Of a DNA stretch of 64,000 nt, positions 1 through 8,256 are shown piece by piece. Location of the stretch: NCBI GenBank assembly GCA_047286285.1, contig JBJBBP010000001.1, positions 9,149 through 73,148 of the forward strand. The letters run 5' to 3'. The stretch is from Synechococcus sp. (GTDB taxonomy: Bacteria; Cyanobacteriota; Cyanobacteriia; PCC-6307; Cyanobiaceae). The position numbers were made by a program, and so were the translations under genes. The number at the start of each line of letters is the position of its first letter. Positions within the stretch are counted from its first letter, which is position 1. The notes under the pieces were generated by a model, which had not been told where the DNA came from, did not search any database, and worked only from the letters and a program-made list of their open reading frames with translations.

Positions 1-111
1 AACGTTAGTAATAAGAATCAACTGCTCTCGTTGAATACCACCAGGAATGATAACCTCTCTTTCAGAAGCATCAAAGAGATAGTAATTAGTCTTAATGGAT
101 TTCCTTGCCAT
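1..111 (-). CDS. Partial CDS (N-terminal 37 aa, runs off the left edge); hypothetical protein of the virion module
   Basis: ATG at 111..109. The frame MARKSIKTNYYLFDASEREVIIPGGIQREQLILITNV stays open to base 1. An AGGT lies just upstream and a GATAAATA box lies 36 nt upstream. Too short to appear in the ORF track. Confidence 0.45.
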   Translation of the reverse strand, partial: MARKSIKTNYYLFDASEREVIIPGGIQREQLILITNV

Positions 112-147
112 TACCTATGTTCCTCGGATTAAATATTATGCTTTATG

Positions 148-155
148 TATTTATC
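148..155 (-). promoter_or_regulatory. T4-type late-promoter-like box GATAAATA
   Basis: Minus-strand GATAAATA overlaps the TGA stop of the 1463-aa ORF and ends 36 nt upstream of the ATG at 111. Same octamer as at 18561..18568. Confidence 0.4.
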
Positions 156-3100
156 AGACTCCGTACTTGCCACGAGTAGCCTCGAAGTTTTGGGATACTT
201 CTGATCCTGACAATGCTGCAGAATAGATACGACACTCACCCACCTTTCCATTCAACCACTCTCCACCAGTGCTACCAATACCATAAGTTCCAACTCTAAA
301 GAAAGATGAGTTATTATTACCATTGCTTCCCATAGTAGTATTAGCTTCTAGTTGACCATTAACATAGATTTTAATGTCGTTTCCACTGTTACCATCATAT
401 GATCCTACTATATGATACCAAGTGTTAGTAGTTGCAGTAACACCACTGTTAGTATTAATACCACCTCCACCACCATTTCTTCCAACCCTAATAGTATTAT
501 TTGAAGCAAATGCAATTTGAGTATTAGATCCACCAATAGAACACACAGTTTGCCATGAACCTAAAGTAGAAATCTGTGCCCATGCTTCCATAGTAAATGG
601 AGTAGTGGGACTTGCTGCTATTGGAGAAGAAGAAGTTTCTATCTTATCATTTGTTCCATCAAACTCAAAGTATCCAGAATTATTATATACAGCTCCGTCG
701 ATTGTACCATTGAGAAGGTTACTTGAGAGGTTCTTGACTTTGGTTGGTGGTGTAATAGCAGTTCCATATGTTGTGATAAGTCTACCAGCAGAAGATGCTT
801 CTTCTAGTTGAGGTCCCCAAACATAAATCACATCACCTGAAACTGGAAGTCCACTATTGATGTTAGACTGGTATTGTGGTTCAAATCCTATGTTCACATT
901 TGTTTCATCACTTCCACCAATTGTTTTTGTAAAGGTAATTCTCTTCCATGATCCATCAGCAGGAATAGTTGAATTAGCATTTGTAGAATATGGAGCACCA
1001 CCTATTCTGAATTGAAGTACCTGACCTGCCATATTAGTTCCTGCCTTCACCCACATACTCATTGTATATGTTTTGTTTGCAGTTAAAGTACCTTGGTGAT
1101 AAAAATATGGATCAGTACCAGTAAATTCCCATTTTGTAGCAGTGTATGATCCATCTGGTGCTGATACTTCTTTAGTATTCTTTGTAATTATTGATGCAGC
1201 AGGACCAGCACCACTCCAACCAACACCTGGTTCAAATGATTTTGGAAATAAATTCTCAGTACGATCATAAGTCGCTCTGTTTGAGAAGTCATAATTCAGA
1301 ACTGCGTCACTACCATATACAATTTTAGTACCAATCTTGGGTGCTGTGTCAGGTGCTTCATTGATATACCGAGACTTAGTAGCATTATAATTTTGTTTAA
1401 CTTCTGTGGGATCTAAAGCTTTAGGATAAAATCTAAACTGTGAAATATCACCATCCATATATTCTCTGGTGTCACCACCACCAGATCCAGAACCATCCTC
1501 ATCTTTTCCTACATTGGTAGAAGGAAATAATCTATTTGTACCCCATACAATTCTTATTGCACCACCAGCTCCATTTGCTGCTCCATTATCACCATCATCT
1601 TCGTTACCAGTTCCTCCACCACCGTATCCTTTCTCTTGAATGCTAGTCTGTGGATTATCAGATGTTCCACCAGATCCTGCATAACCTCTCGATTGCTGAA
1701 CATCAAATGCACTTGTTCCACTTGCAGATACGCCAGCAGCTCCACTAACACCCTCTCCATAGATACCGACTCCACCACCACCTTCTGTAGGCAAATAATT
1801 TCCTGTGCTGTTTAAACCACCAGCACCTCCGCCACCTCCACCTGATCCAGCGGTTGCATTACTATTAGATCCATCACTACCACTACCACCATTACCAGAA
1901 TATCCACCAGCTCCTCCGCCACCACCACATTGGTGACCACTTTGTCCACGACCACCACGACCGCCGTTGCCACCGCCACCGCCGTATGTTCCTGAATAAT
2001 TTGTTCCACCATTGTTAACAACAACAGGATTATTATATTCTCCTTTACCACCGCCACCTGCTCTAAAAATAATAGTTCCACTATGACTACCTGTTCTAAT
2101 AACAGTATCTCCTCCAGCAGTAGCAGTATCATTATTAGGAGGTGGACTACCACCTTGACCACCAGCACCAACAGTTACGTACAAGCTTGTTTCTCCACTG
2201 ACATCAAGATTATTGATCCAACTCAAGGCACCACCGCCTCCGCCTCCTCCAGAGACACCATTTTGCTGAACAGTTGATGCAGATCCACCACCTCCACCAC
2301 CAACACCAACAACTGATACTGATGTTAGATTAGAAACAGTAAATACATACTGACCAGGAGTTGTAATCTCTGCTTCTCCTGCTGCAACACCTAGACTTTC
2401 TGTGGATGATCCAAGTACAAAAGGTGAAGTTAGTTCTAAACTTTTAATTGCATCAAAACTTGCTATGGTTTCGTCAACTATTTCTCCATCTACATACAGT
2501 CTTGTTTCACTACGTATAGCACTCATTGTACCAACAACATGATACCATTGACCTGTCTGAACAAGATCAGTAGAATCTACTTCATGAATACTATGACTTT
2601 GTACATATGTAAACATTTCAAATTTACCACTTGTACCTACACGTAATCCAGCTCCAGAAGCACCAGGTGATTGATCCCAAATATATCCTTTGGAACTACC
2701 TAGACTGGGTAAACTATCGAACCTAACCCATGTTTCAAAAGAAGCTTCTGTCAGACCACCAATATCAAATAGATAACTTTCAAGTCGTTTTCCATTTCCA
2801 ACCTCCCAATGAGCTACTGGAGTCGATACATGTGATGGAGTTCCCTGAGCAAAGAAGGAATAATAATCATCAGATTTTGCGTTACTATACCAAGTAGTAT
2901 TTCCAAATTTACTTTCAGGTAATAAATTTATTTCCATAAAATCCAGCACTCTAACAGCAGGAGCACTTACACCTAAGTTTAAATTAAATCCATCTAGAGT
3001 GTGCATAAAACTATCAGCACTATCCATCTGTCTCTTTTTGTTAGAGACTGGAGTAGCAAGATCATCAAAGACAATCTTACTAGCATTAAAAGGATATGTA

Positions 3101-4545
3101 ATTAAATCACTACTATCATTCCTAACAGAACCATCAGATAATCTTCCAATTTTATTTTCTGCATTTGCAACAATTGTATAGTCTATGTTTCCAGCACTAT
3201 TGCCAGGATCATATTCAAAACTACCTAAACCGTTACCAGATGTACTTACTTTACCAAAGAAATATCTATCTGGTTCTCCTGCTATAGAGCTGATTTGTTG
3301 ATCTCTAAACAAAACATAATAAAACGATGGGTCAGCATCTAAACTAGCATTACCTAAAGTGTTATTACCTTTACTAATTTGTCTTCTAAAAACTAAAGTG
3401 CCATCTTTAGAATACTTTGATACGAAAATATTAGCATTATTAAGAGCAAAAGGTCCTTCATTCTCTACAGATAAAACCACAGTCTGTTGCGTATCAGTAT
3501 CTGATTTGACATCAAATGGAACCATATTAGGAGCACTGTCAAGAGCTGTATGGTGATCTGTATGGTTCTCACGTTGCCATAATATATTTCCCTCAGGACT
3601 ATACTTAACTAAGAATTCTCCTACTCCATTATCTACAGGAACAACACCATCAATACTACCAACAACATAGATTAAATTATTGCCATCAATATAACAAGCA
3701 GTGCATCTTACAAATGCAGGTGAAATATCATCATTACTATTTCCACCTCTACCAGATATATTTCTCTCTAAAGTTCTATCCCATAAAATTTCTCCTGTTG
3801 CTGTATCAATCTTTACGATGTAACCTTTGTCTGCACTATCATCTTCTAGATATCCAACAGCAATTAATTGACCTTTACTATTAATAGAGATTTTTTCTAA
3901 CTTAACATCTCTACCTAACATAAAAGATGCCTGACCCCATTGAGGATTACCATAAGAATCATACTTTTCTACATATGCTAGAGCTTTATCTGAATTTGTG
4001 CCAGTATCTTTGACAGTACCACAAGCATAATAATTTGTTCCATCAGAACATACACCTGTATACTCTACGTTAGATGTTTGTGAAGTGGATTGCCAATCAA
4101 GATTACCATCATGTGAATACTTAGCTATCCATGGAACTCCTCTAAGTCCAACTTTACCAACCACCACTAAACTAGGTGTCGCAGTATCACCATCAATAAG
4201 TTCCATAGCACGTAAGGTTACCCTTGTGGAGTTAGCACCATAAGTGTGTTCAACGTGTATTGAACTTTGTAGTGTTGACGTTGGAACTGAAGGATTATTA
4301 TCTACATCTGGATCATAATCTCTCCTCTCAACCCATCCAATATTTTTATTATCACTTACTTTTGATGCTGTACCAGCAATAAAATATTCTGTTCCATAAG
4401 AAGAATATCTTATTTCGTCTGGTTGAAAGACATCAAGATCAGATGCACTTTTATCAACTGTTTTAAAAAAGTTTGTTACAACATCTGCTCCAGAGGAACC
4501 TAAAAGAAATAGATTCCGAGGAGGACTACTAAAACTCTGTGGCAT
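154..4545 (-). CDS. Giant multidomain virion (fibre/baseplate-module) protein: beta-propeller-like repeats, a split LamG/ConA-like domain with a ~300-aa glycine-rich insert, a CBM/jelly-roll-like module, and a C-terminal LamG-like domain
   Basis: 1463-aa ORF with an ATG start. N-terminal repeats of the type YVEKYDSYGNPQW / YIVKIDTATGEILW / FLVKYSPEGNILW. LamG-like signatures WYHVVGT..RLYVDGE and WYHIVGSYDG..IYVNGQLE..GECRIYSAALS. Gly-rich block GVGGGGGGS...GGAIRIVWG. YVWGPQLEE module. Confidence 0.85.
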   Translation of the reverse strand: MPQSFSSPPRNLFLLGSSGADVVTNFFKTVDKSASDLDVFQPDEIRYSSYGTEYFIAGTASKVSDNKNIGWVERRDYDPDVDNNPSVPTSTLQSSIHVEHTYGANSTRVTLRAMELIDGDTATPSLVVVGKVGLRGVPWIAKYSHDGNLDWQSTSQTSNVEYTGVCSDGTNYYACGTVKDTGTNSDKALAYVEKYDSYGNPQWGQASFMLGRDVKLEKISINSKGQLIAVGYLEDDSADKGYIVKIDTATGEILWDRTLERNISGRGGNSNDDISPAFVRCTACYIDGNNLIYVVGSIDGVVPVDNGVGEFLVKYSPEGNILWQRENHTDHHTALDSAPNMVPFDVKSDTDTQQTVVLSVENEGPFALNNANIFVSKYSKDGTLVFRRQISKGNNTLGNASLDADPSFYYVLFRDQQISSIAGEPDRYFFGKVSTSGNGLGSFEYDPGNSAGNIDYTIVANAENKIGRLSDGSVRNDSSDLITYPFNASKIVFDDLATPVSNKKRQMDSADSFMHTLDGFNLNLGVSAPAVRVLDFMEINLLPESKFGNTTWYSNAKSDDYYSFFAQGTPSHVSTPVAHWEVGNGKRLESYLFDIGGLTEASFETWVRFDSLPSLGSSKGYIWDQSPGASGAGLRVGTSGKFEMFTYVQSHSIHEVDSTDLVQTGQWYHVVGTMSAIRSETRLYVDGEIVDETIASFDAIKSLELTSPFVLGSSTESLGVAAGEAEITTPGQYVFTVSNLTSVSVVGVGGGGGGSASTVQQNGVSGGGGGGGALSWINNLDVSGETSLYVTVGAGGQGGSPPPNNDTATAGGDTVIRTGSHSGTIIFRAGGGGKGEYNNPVVVNNGGTNYSGTYGGGGGNGGRGGRGQSGHQCGGGGGAGGYSGNGGSGSDGSNSNATAGSGGGGGGAGGLNSTGNYLPTEGGGGVGIYGEGVSGAAGVSASGTSAFDVQQSRGYAGSGGTSDNPQTSIQEKGYGGGGTGNEDDGDNGAANGAGGAIRIVWGTNRLFPSTNVGKDEDGSGSGGGDTREYMDGDISQFRFYPKALDPTEVKQNYNATKSRYINEAPDTAPKIGTKIVYGSDAVLNYDFSNRATYDRTENLFPKSFEPGVGWSGAGPAASIITKNTKEVSAPDGSYTATKWEFTGTDPYFYHQGTLTANKTYTMSMWVKAGTNMAGQVLQFRIGGAPYSTNANSTIPADGSWKRITFTKTIGGSDETNVNIGFEPQYQSNINSGLPVSGDVIYVWGPQLEEASSAGRLITTYGTAITPPTKVKNLSSNLLNGTIDGAVYNNSGYFEFDGTNDKIETSSSPIAASPTTPFTMEAWAQISTLGSWQTVCSIGGSNTQIAFASNNTIRVGRNGGGGGINTNSGVTATTNTWYHIVGSYDGNSGNDIKIYVNGQLEANTTMGSNGNNNSSFFRVGTYGIGSTGGEWLNGKVGECRIYSAALSGSEVSQNFEATRGKYGV

Positions 4546-4557
4546 TTGTTTCTCCTC

Positions 4558-7500
4558 TTAACTGAAGTCAGTGTTTCCTTGACCGTATACTCTAATTACA
4601 CCACCACTATCCTTAACAATTAAGAATGTGAGAATGTCTGTATTGGATGTGGCAATAGGTGGAGAACCACCAGACCATCTAACACCAGTTGGAACATTAT
4701 TTCCATCCACAGTACAGTCATCACCATATGTAGACGCTGTGCTGGCATCAATAATTAATGTGATGGTTAGAGATTGTCCATTAGCAAGTGTGGTTCCATC
4801 TGGATCTGCTGTACTAAACGCCCAAGTATTAATTGCAGAGTTTGCAGTAGTAGTTTCACCACAAATAGTATTTGCAGCTGCAGTTATAACAGTTAAGGTA
4901 TTAGAACTCAATGAGAATCCAGTTGCCATACTACTAAATGTTTTTTCAATAACACGACCACCAAGAACAGCAGCACCATCAGTCTGAAGTGCAGGTTGAC
5001 CAGTAGCACCTACGAGAACACCAACAGATGTTAATGAAGAGTTAACAACACCATCACCAAGGGTTGTTCCACTTAATATTAATTGGTTTCCAATTGCAAA
5101 TTCTTTTCCGTTAGCAAGTTCTAAATTCTCAGTTGATACAAAATATTTTTTAGTTCTACTATGATCATAAAGGAATGTCTTATCTCCTGAACCACCAAGA
5201 GATACTGGAGTTCCTTTTAATATAATACCACCACCATCAGCTGCAGTATCAGTAGGACCACTAACGATGAATGTCTCTTCTGCAAGAGAGGTTGAAACAG
5301 CGTTTGATAATACAGCAATTTTAGTTTGAGGGTTTAGAGATACAATAGTAGTTCCTGCAGGTACAGCACCTCCTGCTGAACTAATTTGCATACCTTCAAT
5401 AATACCACTAATAGGAGTAATGTTACTGATAGTAGTATTACCATTGTTCACAGTAGCGGTAATGGTTAAGTTTACAACTGCTGCCAACTCAATATTTTTA
5501 TCATCAACCGTAAGTGTTGTACTGTTAATACTAACAACAGATCCATCAACACGAAGATCACCAATAATTCTTGCGTTACCATCAACTGTTAAATCATTTG
5601 GTGTAGTAACATTGAAGGAAGAATCTCCTCTAATCCATGCTCCAGTACCAGATCCAATAACAAGTTGTCTATCCCCAGAAGAATTTGGAGTAACATAAGT
5701 TGTACTGAGAGAGTTTTCTGTATCTGCAGGTCCGATAAGAACATTACCAACACCTGTTACTGCGTGTCCAGAGAAGTGTCCAATACAAACGTTATATCCA
5801 CTGCCAGGATTATTTTCTAAAGAACTAACACCAATAGCAATATTTCCAGATCCTGTATCGTTAATTAGAAGAGCATCCTTACCAATACCAATGTTGTTAT
5901 TTCCGTTATCATTATCTCGTAGTGCATTATAACCGAGTGCAGTATTGGCAGCACCTGCTACGTTACTGATAAGAGCTGAGTATCCTGCTGCAGTGTTTTG
6001 AGATCCTGCTTGGTTAGCAGAAAGAGCAGCGTAGCCAAGAGCAGTGTTTGAAGAAACTGCACTACCACCTCTACCAACTGTCATAGAAGCTGCATCAGTT
6101 CCTCTGATTGTAATATCATGATTATCAAAGTTGGGAGCACCTTCTATAAGTAGTGTATCAGTACTAGCATTACCTAGTGTGACATTACCATCAACTTGTA
6201 GATCATGTCGAATGGTTGTAGTTCCAGTTGTAGCACCCATAGTGATGTCAGTGGCATCTCCACCAAAATCAATATCCAATGCAGATGTATTAATAAGATC
6301 AAATGCATTACTTGAGGTAAGAATACTGTCAACAATAACTGGGTTGGTATCAAACATCAACTTACCAGATCCAGACTTATCCTGAATCTTACCAGACAAC
6401 TGAGTTGATGTTGTTAAAGCAAACTGTCCTAAATGATAGGTATTATATGCAACCTTAGCACCAGAACCACCACCATTATCAAAGTTTACCTGAACAGCAC
6501 CACCAGCATCAGAAGCATTTAATGTAATAGAACTGTTGACAGTTAATGTTTTTAGATCTGCCATATCAAATGTGGAGGCAGATGTTGCAGCGATTGCTAA
6601 TCCATTGTAAGTTGTTGCAGAAGCAGAACCCAGAATTGGGTTAGTCATCGTTGGAGATGTTAGAGTCTTATTGGTAAGAGTCTGTGTATCATCTTCTGTT
6701 ACAAATCTCTTTGCAACTGATCCATCATAAGATCTCCAGTATGTACCAGCTTCATACCATTCAATTCTATTGAAACTTAAGACTCCACCTGTGCCATCAG
6801 TAGTTCTATTGACCTGAATACCTCCGTCAGTACCAGTAAGACCATTTCCTTTTCTAAGTTCAATAACATTATCTTCTACAACTAAAGTTGTAGTCTCTAA
6901 AATTGTTTGAGTACCCTGTACAAGTAAGTCACCGTCAATTGTTACAGTGTTTCCATCATCAGTAATACTACCATTTGCAAACTGACCATTAGCATCATCC
7001 CATACAGGAATTCTGTTATCAATTAAGTTGTTAGCGTTCTTAATTGAGAAATTATTACTACTAAAGACAAGACCCTCTCCTGCACCAAATGATGCACCAG
7101 TATCACTGTTTAGAGAATCAATTTCAATCTCAATTGTTCCATCGTTAAGAGTGGTTTGAGTAATTGTAGTAGCACCTGATTGTTTAAATCTAAAATTACC
7201 TGATGCTAATGCTTCTACACCAGAAGCAAGTTGAGTTATAGTATTGGTGTCTGTACTATCAATTTCAATTGTACTTCCACTTTGAGATACTTGTACGTTT
7301 CCACCAAGAGCATTTCCACCAGTGACAGTAACATCTCCAGATACAAATGATCCAGATGCACCACCTTTTAATCTTGTAATTGTATCAACAGAAGCAATTG
7401 TTATAGTAGGATCATTATTAACATCTAGACCTTGAGTGATTGTTACCTCACTTCCTTCAAGGAAAGTAAAATTACCAGCAGAAAAAACTTGTCCTGTCCC

Positions 7501-8214
7501 ACCTCTTAATTGAGTAATGGTATCATCATTTGCAGTATTAATATTAATTGTTTTACTTGCACTATCCTGAGTAACAGTAGCTCCTCCTGATCCAGAGATA
7601 GTCATCGCACCAGATTGTGCAGTTCCACCAACTGCTGACTGAAGAGTAGTAACAGTGTCAGCATCTACAACAGTTCCAGATAAAGTAATAACTTCATTGG
7701 ATCTATCAATTGTTAATGCTAAAGCTTTAGATCCTGATGGAATAGTTTGTGGTGCGGAAACTGCTAGTTTAACTTCTTCTGATCCTGTGCCAGATCCACC
7801 TGCCGTTAATCTAATAATTTTTTGAGTAGCTACGCTACCATCATCAGCTGTAAATGCATATGTTGTATTAGTATCTGGAGTATTATAACTGTCACCTAAA
7901 GATACGATGGTTCCATTCAAACTAATAGAAGAACTTACTAACGATGAGTTAGCAATATTGGATATTGTATTAAGACTTGCATCAACAATACATGTCTCAA
8001 GTGTTTTATTAGTTAAAGTCTGTGTTTGATCTAGATAAACATCACCAGGACTGTCCCAGAAGACGACTGTTCCATCGCTGGTCAGATACTTTCCCGCACC
8101 AGTATCTCCACTGACAATGATGCCATTGCCAGACAGGTCTAAATTGTCACCCGATACAATTTCTTCAATCTTCTTTGATACGGAGTTAACAATTAACGGA
8201 AAACGATCAGCCAT
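4558..8214 (-). CDS. Tail-fibre-like structural protein (1218 aa)
   Basis: ATG start, 12 nt downstream of it lies the next gene. N-terminus MADRFPLIVNS..DLSGNGIIVSGDTGAGKYLTSDG. Two TQTLTNKTL motifs. Long Thr/Ser/Gly/Asn-rich fibre-like sequence. Confidence 0.8.
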   Translation of the reverse strand: MADRFPLIVNSVSKKIEEIVSGDNLDLSGNGIIVSGDTGAGKYLTSDGTVVFWDSPGDVYLDQTQTLTNKTLETCIVDASLNTISNIANSSLVSSSISLNGTIVSLGDSYNTPDTNTTYAFTADDGSVATQKIIRLTAGGSGTGSEEVKLAVSAPQTIPSGSKALALTIDRSNEVITLSGTVVDADTVTTLQSAVGGTAQSGAMTISGSGGATVTQDSASKTININTANDDTITQLRGGTGQVFSAGNFTFLEGSEVTITQGLDVNNDPTITIASVDTITRLKGGASGSFVSGDVTVTGGNALGGNVQVSQSGSTIEIDSTDTNTITQLASGVEALASGNFRFKQSGATTITQTTLNDGTIEIEIDSLNSDTGASFGAGEGLVFSSNNFSIKNANNLIDNRIPVWDDANGQFANGSITDDGNTVTIDGDLLVQGTQTILETTTLVVEDNVIELRKGNGLTGTDGGIQVNRTTDGTGGVLSFNRIEWYEAGTYWRSYDGSVAKRFVTEDDTQTLTNKTLTSPTMTNPILGSASATTYNGLAIAATSASTFDMADLKTLTVNSSITLNASDAGGAVQVNFDNGGGSGAKVAYNTYHLGQFALTTSTQLSGKIQDKSGSGKLMFDTNPVIVDSILTSSNAFDLINTSALDIDFGGDATDITMGATTGTTTIRHDLQVDGNVTLGNASTDTLLIEGAPNFDNHDITIRGTDAASMTVGRGGSAVSSNTALGYAALSANQAGSQNTAAGYSALISNVAGAANTALGYNALRDNDNGNNNIGIGKDALLINDTGSGNIAIGVSSLENNPGSGYNVCIGHFSGHAVTGVGNVLIGPADTENSLSTTYVTPNSSGDRQLVIGSGTGAWIRGDSSFNVTTPNDLTVDGNARIIGDLRVDGSVVSINSTTLTVDDKNIELAAVVNLTITATVNNGNTTISNITPISGIIEGMQISSAGGAVPAGTTIVSLNPQTKIAVLSNAVSTSLAEETFIVSGPTDTAADGGGIILKGTPVSLGGSGDKTFLYDHSRTKKYFVSTENLELANGKEFAIGNQLILSGTTLGDGVVNSSLTSVGVLVGATGQPALQTDGAAVLGGRVIEKTFSSMATGFSLSSNTLTVITAAANTICGETTTANSAINTWAFSTADPDGTTLANGQSLTITLIIDASTASTYGDDCTVDGNNVPTGVRWSGGSPPIATSNTDILTFLIVKDSGGVIRVYGQGNTDFS

Positions 8215-8245
8215 TTACTTCCCAGTCGATACTAGTGCTCAGGTT

Positions 8246-8253
8246 TATTTATG
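8246..8253 (-). promoter_or_regulatory. T4-type late-promoter-like box CATAAATA
   Basis: Lies in the 42-nt gap between the 822-aa ORF stop (8257) and the 1218-aa ORF ATG (8214), and ends 31 nt upstream of that ATG. Confidence 0.4.
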
Positions 8254-8256
8254 ACG

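Noticed and set aside
1554-2277. ORFs 1554..1781 and 1812..2171 (minus strand, other frames) and 2083..2277 (plus strand) inside the 1463-aa gene.
   Set aside because: They are artefacts of the GGN-repeat DNA that encodes the glycine-rich domain. Their translations are poly-Val/Leu/Glu or Ser/Thr strings with no independent start signals.
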